A stretch of 63,994 nt of DNA, filler included, from Asterionella formosa (Eukaryota), in NCBI GenBank assembly GCA_002256025.1. It is 4 parts of 4 records of this genome, joined end to end, with 100 filler letters (N's around TTAATTAATTAA, not from the genome) between each part and the next. Parts side by side here need not be neighbours in the genome. Positions count along the whole stretch, not along the records: positions 1 to 29,995 come from NKIB01000933.1; 3 more parts are not named here. The stretch is one strand, 5' to 3'. Below, piece by piece: positions 1-12,840 of the stretch. The notes below the pieces were generated by a model. The model searched no databases. It had not been told where the DNA came from and saw nothing but the letters and a program-made list of their open reading frames with translations. Every line of letters starts with the position of its first letter. The stretch's first letter is position 1. A program made the translations under genes and the position numbers.

Positions 1-1438
1 TAAGGGAAATCTCACCCTCTTCCTGGACCCTTTTTAAGTAAAATCAGTCAGGGCAATACACTGAATTCTACGGTAATTACATCAGAAGTGCTCCATATGA
101 TATATTTGGGAAATACACGAATGCATACACCGGCATTGATATACCGGTAGTACATTTATTTAGAATTCTTTAGCTAAACACTGAGCATCCTAGTGGTGCA
201 GAAACTATCATGGAGACGCAACTGGTCAAATAAAATCTTCAAGCCTTCGAAGTTAGCAGCACTTTTTGGAGTGGCGCAGATGCACACACTTTTTTACCTA
301 CACCTGCCAATGAATCAAAAATTCTTCCTGCAGAGGAATCGCTGCCACCACTGCCAGAACCTCAACCATCGCATCATCTAAGATCCACTTCCAGCTCTGC
401 TGATTACCGATTATGCTCGATTTGTCACCTTCATATTGTTGGGCTTACCACAGTAGTATGCGTCTGCAACAATATTTTTCTTCTGTGGCCTGATGCAAAG
501 ATAATTCCTGTTTGTTATGCAGACGATAGTTCTGCAAAAATTATTTGGTTCCCTAACCTCAATTTTTATCATGATCCAACTTTATAACCTTAACAAAAAA
601 TTAGAATAAGTCACAAAAGTGTAAACACTCCAGGAATTACTATTGAAACCTTGACGAAATCCAGGCGTGCCAGTGCAACAAAAGTGGAAAATCAATTGAT
701 CATAGAAAACATATCAATCTAAACCAGTACTTCTTTTAATGTTTTTATTAATGCTTTAGTAAATGGAGGAAGCGGCGGTGAAATTAATTTGCTCATAATG
801 GTTGTTGGACTTCTAAGTAAAATCAATTGTGGCTGTGTATAGGAGGGTACACAACGCCGGGTTAATGGAAGTTTATTTTTAAACGTACATAGCTAGCGAT
901 ACATGGTGGTATGTAGATCATTCATGGCTATTGAATAAATTCTGTTTCCATAATTAAATAGTGATCATCTAAATAAATTAATCGAAACCAATTAAAATAC
1001 TTACATACTTTGCGTATGTGTGCAAATCACCAATTGCTGGTTCACATCGGCCGGCCGGTTTAATACTTTTGCGGAAGAACGAATAAATATGTCGCTATGA
1101 TAATTATTAACGCAACAGTATATACAAATACGGCTGTTATATGTACCATTCCGCCAGTTATTTAACAGTTCCGAGCAACAAAAGCGAGCATACTGCTGTT
1201 CCCTTCCTTCCCATTATCGCCACTTTCGTAGTTGTGCAATCCATAATCGAAAGCAAGTTGCTTTTGTTCTACTGTTATATCCCTCCTCGTATTTATGTTG
1301 AAAATAGATGGTTAGGGTTAGGGAAAATCTGTACACACTCGAGGAATTACTGGCAAAGCCATGATGAAATTTGTGTTTGCCGGAGCACCAAAAAGGAAAT
1401 TCTATTAGTCATAGAAACCATTGCTTTTCCCTAAACAA

Positions 1439-2290
1439 TATCACATGCAACCTCCTCCATAGTCAAACATTTGCACAAGCGGGGTTGGTTTAGCCTGTTT
1501 TTCCTTTGGTTGAAACTTCTCTTTCCTGTTTCAACCGAAATTTCAGTGGAGCCTTTCAACAACACTTATAATGCCTTCTTACTTCTAGCTTATTTTGGAA
1601 AAACTGGCCATTGCGATTCGTCTGGAACACAATAAAGCACAAGAAAATCACTAACAATCTTAAATCAATCAACTGATCGACAATGGTGGTGCTGTTGGTA
1701 GTTTTGGTAACCTAATGTTTAATGATAAGAAATTATATGAATTCATGATTAGAAACTATAATATGTTTTGGGGCACTTTGTCAATTTGGTGGATCTGTGG
1801 ACTTTTTGTTCAATGAATTGCATGCAATTGCATTCCAAATATTGATCTCCCATCAATCCATCTGAGAATCGTATTTTGCCACTCCTCCATTGCTACATCT
1901 TTCCATAGAAGTACCTTATTGTTGCTTCCCTTGTCCCTGCTGATCTGTTGATTGTATCATTGCTTGAAACCTTTACCAATTGGTTCCTTGTCTGGTTGCT
2001 GATGTCCAGCAGGTCAACTTGAAGGATATTTCTTTGACCTCTGCAAGAAAGAGGAGGTATGAAAGCAGACAACTGGCTGAGTGAGATTCTGGTGGACACG
2101 GATGAGCTACAATATTGGCCTGAGGAAGGAGCGGCTGCTCATGTGATTGTTAACAGGTATCTCTGGTTGTTTGCCACATGAGGGATCCTCTTCTCCAGCA
2201 AGTGGCTACTACCTAACAAACTCTACAATCAACCTGTGTGATGCTGTGAGACACCAATCAAGACAAAGGGTGCATGACAAGGGTGACAAG
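1439..2290 (+). repeat. Old interspersed repeat 'A', copy 1 (uninterrupted)
   Basis: Aligns by eye to the reverse complement of ~36490-37348 plus 41288-41310. Shared blocks include TATGTTTTGGGGCACTTTG, CAATCCATCTGAGAATCG, TGCTGATCTGTTGATTGT and TTTTGGAAAAA. The right boundary is approximate. Confidence 0.8.
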
Positions 2291-2663
2291 GAAGACAATG
2301 ACAACAATACAGGTAATACTCATGGTCCACTTGCATGTTACTTCTGGTAAAACAATTTAAAAATGGCTGAGGTAGGAGTGCGCGCAATTTTCGGAAAATT
2401 ATAGGGTGCCCTTCATTTAGTCCGGATTTATCTACATACAACATGCATTATAGCAGCAGTTTAGTCTTATACGTCACCTTTTCCTTTAAAAGGCGGTTAG
2501 TACCTCGCGAAAATTAAGCTAAAGATCTCAATTTCCCGGCCTTCGCTCCGGGAAATGAGATCGAAACAAAACGTACAATACTGGTAAGCCTGCAATGCGA
2601 TGTTTGCCAACTGTCGTTGCCTCCGGTTATCCAAAAAGTGAATAAAGAAACTCTTCCAACGAC

Positions 2664-3635
2664 ATGATGCTAACTTGGTCAGGCCTATTTCTACTAGCCC
2701 TGCTGGTGGCAAGGAACCATGGCCTCTCGATTCCCATCGAGACGCCAATGAGGTTTGGCGAAAAGACCTCATCTGTCTTTTCCATAAAGGAAATGACGCG
2801 CCAATCCCGACGAGCCTTTCTTTTTCATTCTGCCGTTATCTCTGGAGCGACCATTCTATCGCCAATGCCATCCAGCGCTGGTGATCAAGACGGCCTCCTT
2901 TCGACGTCGGATGTCGCAGACCTGCTTCGCGTTGTTCCTACGTTTACCTTGGTCGACCCAAAAGGTGTTCCTTTCATGGTCGTTGGCGAAGATGCAAAGG
3001 TCACGGGCTATTTCTTCACTGAATTCGACGAAGCGAAACGAATTTTGGATCTTGCCAGAACGAGTGCTGATAGGGCGCTGAAGGAACAAAAGTCGGAGCT
3101 GAGACAGCAACGGAAACGGAAGAATTTACCGACCATGACAAAACAACAAGAGGACGACGAGATTGGAATTAATCCATGGACCACGGCTCGAATTTCCACT
3201 ATCACTTTAGATGTGGCAGTCACATTGGTGATCAAATCTGTTTCGTCAAGAAATTATTTTCAGGTCGCACCGTCTAATGATGATGTTGAAGACGCGTTAG
3301 CTTTGACGAACCAAACAGATCTGCCAGAAGGGAAAGTCCCGCTCTTTTATATGGCGAATTTTACCATGAACGATAAAAGCCCTTTGTACTTTCGCAAATC
3401 GGAGCTAGTAGCGGCTTTCAAGCGACTAAACCCCCAAAGTATACTGCCTGAAATCAAAGTTTCGGAACTTTTTTCCGTTCTCACGGAAATGGTGAAACCA
3501 GGAGGCACGGACGAGGAACTTAAATCATTGGTCTTTGTGGCACCACGAGAAAGCAATGTACATGCGAAGGAATGTGCAAAGGCATCCAAAGGAGAGACAC
3601 CGTTTCAACTTGGACAAAGAATAATTGTGCTATAG
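2664..3635 (+). CDS. Tic22-like plastid protein
   Basis: 323-aa ORF. Signal peptide followed by Tic22-type motifs LRVVPTFTLVDPKGVP, GYFFTEFDEA and VPLF. Confidence 0.75.
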   Translation: MMLTWSGLFLLALLVARNHGLSIPIETPMRFGEKTSSVFSIKEMTRQSRRAFLFHSAVISGATILSPMPSSAGDQDGLLSTSDVADLLRVVPTFTLVDPKGVPFMVVGEDAKVTGYFFTEFDEAKRILDLARTSADRALKEQKSELRQQRKRKNLPTMTKQQEDDEIGINPWTTARISTITLDVAVTLVIKSVSSRNYFQVAPSNDDVEDALALTNQTDLPEGKVPLFYMANFTMNDKSPLYFRKSELVAAFKRLNPQSILPEIKVSELFSVLTEMVKPGGTDEELKSLVFVAPRESNVHAKECAKASKGETPFQLGQRIIVL

Positions 3636-4683
3636 GTGTCAAACTTGCCTGCTGATATCTTCGACTGACAATACACCTCATTTCTGTCTCATGGACGAGA
3701 TGGTGCTTTTTATTCCTACAGGTTACAGGGAGTAACTTACACGCTGTTCTAGTGCTTTGTTTAAATGCATACATTTAAGTCAGTTTTGCTGTTGCTACAC
3801 CGAATACTAGCCTTCAGCATGAGTTTGCACAGCAACTAAGTACTCTGGTGTTTTCCTTAGCTACAATGATGTGGGTGTATGTCACTTTTGAAGGATCTAG
3901 ATATACTGTTGCAATGAGTTTTTGCTTGTCAATCAATGCGAAGGGGTTATTTAGGCAGTCATCATGTGGGACAGCAAGGCGAAACTAGGGAGTATCTGGA
4001 TTACCGTATACCACCAGGGGCTACTATATTGTCCGAATGCGACCTAGCACTCGGAGTACCCAGTATATAGTAAGTATATAGTAGAACCAGGGTACCAGGT
4101 ATACTGGTACCGGTCTACTGGTAAACTCGTCATTTTTCATGGTCTAGCCTTCTTCTTCAGCCACCAAAATACATTATCATTTCATGACTCCTATCATTTG
4201 GCGCTCTGCATAATTAGGTGAGTGAACATGCAGGACGCCTGTGTGTCTAATTGTTACTAGCAGTACCTGGTACCTGGTGGTAGGGGTGATCGGGATACTC
4301 ACAGCCCTTCACGAAGGAGGAGCGAGACCGTTCTTCTCGTTTTACGTGATGATTAATGATGGACATGTTGATGACATTACATACGGGTAAGGTCGTCCAC
4401 GTGTACGGTATATATAGCATAAAGAATTATTCCGTATGAATAAATACGGAATTATACCCTGTAATTCCGTAGCTATATTTATTCTATCATTTCGCTCAGC
4501 AGCCTTTGTTTAGACGAGCCCCAAGAATGGGAAGCAAATCGATGACTATGCAAAACAACAGTACAGAAGTCATAGAAGGGTGACTGTCTAAAACATAAAT
4601 CACTTTCACATTACATGTACTGTATTGTGGAATCTAAGCCATACGTATTGTCCCACCCACAAACTACAAAGCAATAGAGCGCA

Positions 4684-5913
4684 ATGAATGTAGCGAATGG
4701 CGATTCGAAAAAACTTGCGGTCTCTGGCATTTCTCCGGGCTACGGTAGCTACGACGATCACAATGGGTATGGTGCTTCCAAAAGTCTCATCGTAGACAAG
4801 GCCGTCGAACATCATGAAAACAGCCGTCCTACGAATCAATACGTATTGGTGAGTCAATTGCAGGAGATATAACGTGAATGTATATATACACAACAAACAC
4901 AAATGTGAACATGCAAGCTACTAGACTAAATCCATCCATCCACCAAACCATTTCAACCAACAATTACGGCACAGGGAGTCGCGTTCTTTTCATTTCTTGG
5001 CTTTACAATCCTTCAAACAGGCTTTGCCATTACGGCCAAATCGCAGGCCATGCTAGCCGACAGTGAAGCCATGTTCGTCGACGCTGGCACCTATCTCTTC
5101 AACATGGTAGCCGAACGGTTGAAGCATCGGGCCTTTAGTGAGAAGGAGTTAGCCATGACGCCAGAAGAACGGCAATTCACAAGACGATTACATCGACTCT
5201 ATTTAGAATTAATTCCTCCATTTATATCCGTGACCACATTATTGGCCGTCACGGTAACTACACTGCGCGATTCCATCTCAACGCTATTGTCAACTACCCC
5301 GCATTCAACTGACGACGATCCGGATTTAGCAATCATGCTTCTCTTTTCTATTTTGAATTTAATTTTGGACATGGTCAATGTGACTTGCTTTGCGCGAGTG
5401 GATCAGGCCGTCCTGACGCCTTTGAATTTTAAGGAATTGGAAAACCACCACGAGGTTTCTCCATTACTAGTGCAGGACCAGGCCGAAACAGAATCGGAAA
5501 CAAATACAATTCCTGAAAGTGACGAAGTTAGTGAGGACAGTTCATTGATTAATTTGAACATGTGTTCGGCATGGACGGTGAGTCAATTCATACATGTGCC
5601 TCTGCATGCGTTTTTCCCTTCTCTAATCAGCTATTTATTGAATTGACATGATGTTACCCTGGGTTTCACAAAACAGCATGTCTTCGCCGACACGCTCCGC
5701 TCTGTAGCCGTCTTGATTGCGGCTGGCATTGCATCTGTAAGCGATATTATTTCACCTGAAGCGGCCGACTCAATTGCCGCAGTCATTGTTTCATTCATCA
5801 TCTTGCTGTCCTGTCTGCCTCTCACCAAGGGTTTGATACACACAGCCATTGAAATTCGGCACATGCATGTACATGGGACTGTGGAATTGCATGAGATTAT
5901 CATCTCAGCATAA
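4684..5913 (+). CDS. Cation diffusion facilitator (CDF/cation efflux) transporter, 3 exons (4684-4848, 4975-5577, 5677-5913)
   Basis: GTGAGT donors at 4849 and 5578 and CAG acceptors ending at 4974 and 5676 give an in-frame splice. Motifs AMLADSEAMFVD and NMCSAWT|HVFADTLRS, with several hydrophobic helices. Confidence 0.85.
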
Positions 5914-7680
5914 CTAATGTTTCTTGCTATCATTGATTTTATTCGAACCCTGGTTAGAATGAAGGATTCTTTCACACATGTAACTATATAGGCAAATTGC
6001 TATAGCTTAATGCATATAGACTGCACATGCACAAAAAATGAATGAGAATACATGAGCTTGCTTGGTATTGAACTGAGCTTGCTTTCCAGGCCAACGTACT
6101 CAGACCAGTCTCCAGTTTTAATCAGGAATGGTTTCGGAGTCAGCAAGTTTGACAAAAAGACAGTGGTGAGTTTACTGGTATTTGGGGTTATGTTATAATA
6201 TCTGGGACTGCTCCATCGATCATGATCTAGGACCAAGAATTTCACAAATGGTGTTTTGGGGTGGTGTGGGTATTTTAATGTTTTGGCTACTGTACTCATC
6301 TGCACAAATCAAATGATAATAAAAATATTACAATCAAGCCAATACTCACTGCTCTAGAAACTAACTCATGACTAGAAAATTTTCCTGTGTCATTTTGGTC
6401 CTGTTACATTAAAGAGTTCCTTTTTCTCCACCCAATACATTGTCAAGGCTGACAAGTGCATTGACAGAACATCTACAGGTAGAAGCATAAGGCACCCATA
6501 TTCAAGACTTGGTGCATTTTTCAGAAGAAGATTCCAGGAACCCTGCTATGAGAATTTTGATGGTATCATCTGCAGGGATTATTCCAGTGAAGCTGATAAC
6601 AGGGAACAATGTGACACTAAGGGAAGGAGTAATATGATTGTTGTATACTTGTCTTAGCAACAATGTGAGCTCTAGCAAGGGATATACCTTTTTTCACTTG
6701 AGGAGCTCTGGAATGAGCAGAGAAAAAATCGGTTTTCCTTTCATGGATTTGTTGAGTGGATGAGCTTGAAACAGAACAAATGGATTGTATTCCCTGAATT
6801 TGCTGATTCTGTCATGTATGGGGCGGTGCTCCAGAATGTAAATAAATCAGGAATAGAAAGAGAGGATCCAAAGGGTTGGTTGTTGACAAAACAACATCAT
6901 CATCAACTGAAACATCAATGGAAGGTTAAAGCAGCAGTATAGTAATATCAAGCAATTTTCATCATTGCCGGTCCACCCACCTGATGGAATTCCTGATGGC
7001 AAGGAGCGTTGTTTTCTGAAAAACTTCTGACAACAAGCACCAAAATGGAATTCTGGGTTTGAATTCCTCGGAAATCAAAAAAATTTGTAAACAAGCAGGC
7101 ACCTCCTGAATGCGAATTTCTGACCGGGGGCCTTTCATCAGTGCACGTTGACACACATCATCTGTATTCAAATGTACTTAGACATGAAAACCCCAAGCTC
7201 CAATGTCTTCAATGCCCTCCTTGCCCATCCCATCCTACATCCCACAATGATGATTGTCGTCCACCATGATGGCACAGCAATATACGTTGCGCTTGACTGC
7301 TCCATGCCATGACCTCTTACTGACCCAAGAGGGCAACGAGGTTCAAAAAGTAGAGAAGAAGCGTCCAAAGGTCGACCTGGAAGGCAGAACAAGTCGGCGA
7401 TCCACACGGCGAGGTTCTTGCACAGCCTATGCACTGTCGTCTCTACCGCGTCGCCATCATCATCATAATCATCAGTCGCACTGGTTCATATCCATGCATT
7501 CGAATTGCTGGGAATAAGCAGCACTGTTAAGATCATCGAAGCTTTCACAGAATTGTACAGCAGAGTCAGCCTCCGAAATAACTCTATTTTGTCTGAGGGG
7601 AGCTGTGAAATCTGGCGACAAAATAGAGAGGATTTACTCGTTGAAGACTTACAAAATATATCGACATTGGAGCCAACACC

Positions 7681-8763
7681 TTGCAAGACGAGTCAAACTT
7701 TCCACTTGATTTAGTCGTATCACGTCCTGATTACAGCCCTGGCATTGACAAAATATCACCAGCGCGAACGACGCGACAAGCAAAGCTAAGACTCGCAGAG
7801 AATATCGTCATTGTTATTGACGACAGCGATGATGATTTTAAAGCGGCAAATTCCAGGGAAAAAGCATGTACCGTCGCGACTCCCACTCACGCCCAGCCTG
7901 ACCCGACTCCTTCGATGTTGCGCCATGACCTGGTCATGACATGTATGGGACCAGGCAAGGTTCTCTCGTCGCGAATCGACCGATACTCGTCTCATTCGAA
8001 TCAGCCAATCATCACCTTTCGAGTCCAACTGGAATTCGGGCTCTTGTATTCATGTCGCGTGGAGCCCCTGGAATGTTCAATACGGGGACAAGTGATTGTT
8101 CTTCAACGCGACAAAGTCAACATTCACATCTCTGTTATGATGCGACTGTGGCCAGGTGTGTATTTGAATGATTCATTGATTCAATTTTATCTAAATCATC
8201 TTCAACGTCAGCGTTCACATTGCTACTTCTTTGGAACTTACTTTTACACGAAACTATGTGAACTGCCTACAAAATCGATGGCAGCAATGATCCGACACAC
8301 CCTTGCTGGTTGGAACAAGTCAGTCGGTGATTTTTTGGATAAGGATATTTGGCTCGTACCCATTCATTTGCACTTACATTGGTCTGCGGTGGCAATTGTA
8401 CATCCAAGATCACTCGTAGATTCTACAGTTAATGGAACTATGATGTTCCACTTGGATTCTGGTAAGCGCTTTCGATTGCATCAGACCAAGAGTATTTGTA
8501 CCAGAATCAATCGATATCTTTGTTCCATGGCACATACAATGAACCCAACTCCAGCCACTATCTCCAAACCTCCTGTACCAGCACAAGCCAATGAGTCTGA
8601 CTGTGGTGTGCATATGCTAGAACTACTGGAACGAGTGGCACAAGAATCGTCACATACACTTTTGACGAAGGCACCATTTTCTAAAACATGGTTTGGGCAA
8701 CATGTGATTGATGACAAGAGAGTTGCAATAAAGAAAGTGATTTTGGATGCTGCTAGGAATTAA
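7681..8763 (+). CDS. Ulp1/SENP-family SUMO protease (peptidase C48); 5' end uncertain
   Basis: YLNDSLIQFYL, FFGTYFYTKL, HWS, HLDS and QANESDCG (His-Asp-Cys triad plus oxyanion Gln). The first in-frame ATG is at 7915. Confidence 0.85.
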   Translation: MQDESNFPLDLVVSRPDYSPGIDKISPARTTRQAKLRLAENIVIVIDDSDDDFKAANSREKACTVATPTHAQPDPTPSMLRHDLVMTCMGPGKVLSSRIDRYSSHSNQPIITFRVQLEFGLLYSCRVEPLECSIRGQVIVLQRDKVNIHISVMMRLWPGVYLNDSLIQFYLNHLQRQRSHCYFFGTYFYTKLCELPTKSMAAMIRHTLAGWNKSVGDFLDKDIWLVPIHLHLHWSAVAIVHPRSLVDSTVNGTMMFHLDSGKRFRLHQTKSICTRINRYLCSMAHTMNPTPATISKPPVPAQANESDCGVHMLELLERVAQESSHTLLTKAPFSKTWFGQHVIDDKRVAIKKVILDAARN

Positions 8764-9184
8764 GTGGATCGATTTTCAAAGGACTCTAGTTAGTGCACAT
8801 TGGTTGCATATTATATTTTATCTTTTCTTGAATACCAATACCGGTAGGCGATTTTCAAACTGGTTTGTTGAAAGATTAACAAGTATGGATGATTGATAGG
8901 GGATAGATAATATGCAACCCTCTGCAATCACGTACTTTGGCCATCAGTACTGTAAGGCTGATGTGAGAAATAGAACAGCTTCATATCAAAACAAGGTCGA
9001 CCTAAACAAGCAATTTTCTATGGAGCCTGACAGACTGCTGCCACGTGGAAGTAGTAAATGACCAAAAAACCAACTACCCGGTAAAAATATTTTTGTTATG
9101 CACAGGATTATCTTACGATCGATGATGGATGATGCTTTTGTTCGCACCATGATATGCAAACGCCATCGCCATCCCTGCAGTACA

Positions 9185-11377
9185 ATGACCGCTGCTCTGT
9201 TCCTACCGTTCTTAATAATTTTTGCTTCACATGCGTTTGCCTTTCAATCGCAATATGCCACAAAACCAGCACCTCAAGTGGTTCACAACTCGTGGCTCTT
9301 CTCGGCTGACAGCGACGATTGGAACGTACCGGCCGACGAAGAAGACTTGAATATCAAACCAGAACGATCACAAATCCCCGACTACATTGCTGCCTATCTT
9401 CGTAGAGAAAGCACCTCCCAAGGATTTTCGCCGACACACATGGTGGGAATACCGATGGACTCCTGTCATGAACTCCTGATTGAGTTAGAGTCGGTCCAAC
9501 GGGCCATTTTGTATCACTGCCCCGTCTTGGTGCACTCGTGCATCGTTGCCAGTATGACAAGGTTGCCTCTCCTTTATGTAGATGCATCCTTCCAACCATC
9601 GGGACGTGTCACGCGGGAGCTTCAGGAATTGACGGAACGGATTGTCAAAACGCACTGTTACACCGAACGAGCCGAATCGGACGAAACGGATTTGAGTGGA
9701 GCTGGTGCTGACGGATACCTGCCACTAACGTTGAATTTTCACAAGCTGGAAATAGACGGAGAAAAGCATGACGTCTTGCATACAAAGGCAGTAGAAGGAG
9801 AAGAAGGAACTATGAAACTGATTGCCATGGTGCAAGAGTTAAAGGACGCAATTCAGTCCAAGGGCTGGACAGTACAGTATCCATCAAATCCGCATCAAAC
9901 AGACTTTGTTCCTCGAATTCCATTTATGCGTATTCCAAAAGACTTTTCACGGCATCTTGAGGACATTCCAGAAAACGACTTTCATACTGCCGAACAAGTA
10001 AGTAAAGTCCCGCACAGAAGGAACATGTATCTTGCTTAGCTCTCATTCAATGCTTGTTCGCTTATTTTCTTCGTTTACATTTCACAGGGAGGAAATGGTA
10101 TTTCTCCAATATTTTGGTGCAAATGGTGGGATGACTACATGGGCCGCTCTATACGATTGCGAGAGGTAGGTATATATCCCAAACGACCGGGATACGATGA
10201 CATGGACGAATCAACTTTTTATCTTCCACATGAAACGATCGCATTGCCTAACGCAAATGAAAGGTTAAGCAAGATTGAACAAAAGCATGCAAAATACAAT
10301 GAAGAACGCATGGCAAAAGCCGAGAAATTTTTGGATCAAGATGATGCAGATGCGAAAGATACAATGGTGGATCAGTCGTTGGAAGCAAATCGTAAACTAT
10401 TGGAATCATTGTATGGCGCGGATAATATCCTTACTGATGGATTAGTAGTCGTTGGGGAGGAACCCTTTGTGAACTCAAACCAACAAGATAAGACAAAGTT
10501 GAAGCAATCTCCAGTTGACGATGACCGACTGAAGCAAGAAATTGAAGGTGAACATGTTGTTGTCAATACTGGACCCGTGGATGTAGAGGAAGGGAAGGAT
10601 GACAAGCCACTTCCTATTTCGTCTGTTTCTACAGAAAGCCCATCTCGGAAACCATTGAGCGATTGGATGGAGGACCGCATTCGAAAAATTGTTGAATCCC
10701 GAGGAAGTGCTCTGCAAAGGGAACAAGTGGGTATCAAACGGGAAAATCTCCCTTCGATCGAGGACAATCCAGTTTTGAATGCCTTCAAGGCAGGCACCCT
10801 GGTGAGCAAATCGGCTCAAACTTCTACGGAGGCAAATGCAATAATTGAACTCCCGCCATATCCTTCTAGACAGTGGTTTATCGGATTTTGGAGAATTGTT
10901 CAATCTCCGACGGGTATTGACGAGGATACTGGGGATGAGACTCAGACAGACAACCTTGTACTTCGAGCGGACGGGACCACATCGGGTGGACCAATTTTGA
11001 ACCAAGAATACCGACAAAGAGCAGCAGGGGGGACTTGGAAGTTCATTGAAGAAGCTAATGGAAGTGTCTTGTTGAGAATTAGACTCGTTATGCCCCCGAA
11101 GAAGGAGCGAATCTTAGTCATGGAAGGCTCAGTGACGCGAGGGAGCAATATCATTGACTCGTCTGCAAGTCTCTTGTCATCAACCGTCTTTGGAATAACA
11201 AGGGATAGCACGGACGATCAATCACTGCAGTGTCGAGGAGATGTGTGGCTAGAAGATGCCGTAACCAAGACGAACCGTAAGGGAATCGGGACTTTCTTCA
11301 TCGAAAAGCTTGAGACGTCCAAAAATCCTCGAGACTATACGATCACAATACCGAAACCAACTCGAAATCAAGACTAG
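9185..11377 (+). CDS. Plastid-targeted protein with an N-terminal AKAP7/2H-phosphoesterase-like region, 2 exons (9185-9997, 10088-11377)
   Basis: GTAAGT donor at 9998 and CAG acceptor ending at 10087 join ORFs 9098..10039 and 10139..11377 in frame. Presequence MTAALFLPFLIIFASHAFAF. PTHMVGIPM resembles the AKAP7 PTHF.SIP start. The domain call is tentative. Confidence 0.7.
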
Positions 11378-11720
11378 AACTACGCAAACGGTTTGCCCAA
11401 TTCTCGTGTGAAAGCAATGTTTCGCTTAGAGGGAGGTAGCTAAAACTTATAGTCACTCACTATGGAATGCCATTTTGATGGAGTAAATCTCATCACAAGT
11501 AATAATCGTTTTAGAATATCAATCACCACTTCCCGACGGAGCACTTTCTGAAATGTTCAAATTTCGGTCGCATTTTAAGAGTTAAACAAACACGACTTCG
11601 AACATGTTTCACTGTGCCTCTTCAATTGAGTAGTAATGTCAATCTCTAGTATGGGGTCTTGTTCAGGTTCAACCTTAGAAGTCATTTCTCCATGAAAGCA
11701 ATTTCACATTTTATTGTTCA

Positions 11721-11954
11721 TCACCTGCTGTCTCGAAGCACCACGACCAAAAGCATCGAAAGCGCCAGGAGAATTGATGGGCTGAACACGACCAGCACCC
11801 CCAGAATTTGTTGACTTAGATCCAATTCCTCCTCGTCTTTGCAAACGACATGTTGTTCCAGAGTACTTTCGTCGATTTCATCTCCTCGAAGCGATTCCAC
11901 ATCAGTTGTAACGGTATCGCTGTCCATTCCTTCCATGGCAGTGTGGGGATTCAT
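11721..11954 (-). CDS. Small acidic protein with a C-terminal transmembrane segment (hypothetical)
   Basis: ORF from MNPHTAMEG with an acidic body and hydrophobic tail ILGVLVVFSPSILLALSMLLVVVL. No homology recognised. Confidence 0.4.
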   Translation of the reverse strand: MNPHTAMEGMDSDTVTTDVESLRGDEIDESTLEQHVVCKDEEELDLSQQILGVLVVFSPSILLALSMLLVVVLRDSR

Positions 11955-12840
11955 GGCTGGCTTTAAAAGTACTGCTACTCTGGATGAGTAAGTACTGTTC
12001 AATTTTGTCAAGTTGCTTCCATCGACGGAATGAAAAATTGTGAAAGTTTTGAATAATATAGACTGCTGCTATTATCTATAAATATACGGCAAGCTACTTT
12101 TGAAACTGAAAAGTTTTCGCCTATGCTACCTCCATTGAATATGAGGTTCTTTCAAATGTGTGCACTGTTCCTTAGTGTGCAGTATCTCACTTGGATACCG
12201 GTATTCTACACTATGTACCGGTAGCAAGGAAAAAGTGAGGGCGCACAACTAACCGGTAGTATGCATAATATTTATACATACCTGCCCGGTAAGTTCCTTC
12301 ACAACAAGATGTATCACCACGCGAATTGCATTCACGATTCAAATTGATACCCATCGCTCAGCAATATAATACCAACCACAACGGAGGTTCCGTACATCAT
12401 GAAATTTACGTTGACATTATAAATAGGAAAAAGGAGCGAGAACTTCATTTGCTGGGTTTGTAATCACAACAACTTCAAATCATGTCCAACAATATCATTC
12501 GGAGTCCAGAGTGAACTTTATCGTCCACCCTCGTATATTTCATTGGGTCAATGATGATCCATCTTGTATGGGTACAGTGAGTGTCTAGAAATTAATATTT
12601 GGGTAAAAATGATGAAAAGCAGTTATGATTTCTACAATCGGCAAGAACCAACTAATCATGCCTGTTAGCTAATTCGATATTTTCTTCGTCGTCTTGCATT
12701 TGTAAAAATCAAACTGTCTCAACTAGATCATTTCAAGGAAACATGCAAGAATTTCGTTCTGCTTCGTAATCTCGAGCAAGGAGGTGAGTTGAAAGGCTTA
12801 GGTACGTATTGCAGATCATGAAGACCATTAAAATAAAGTT

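Noticed and set aside
10372..11211. Long antisense ORFs within genes (also 18013-18572, 44027-44527, 50502-51044)
   Set aside because: Shadow frames of real coding sequence, with no independent motifs.
12300..12830. Possible small spliced gene
   Set aside because: No consistent start, splice and stop model, and no recognisable product.
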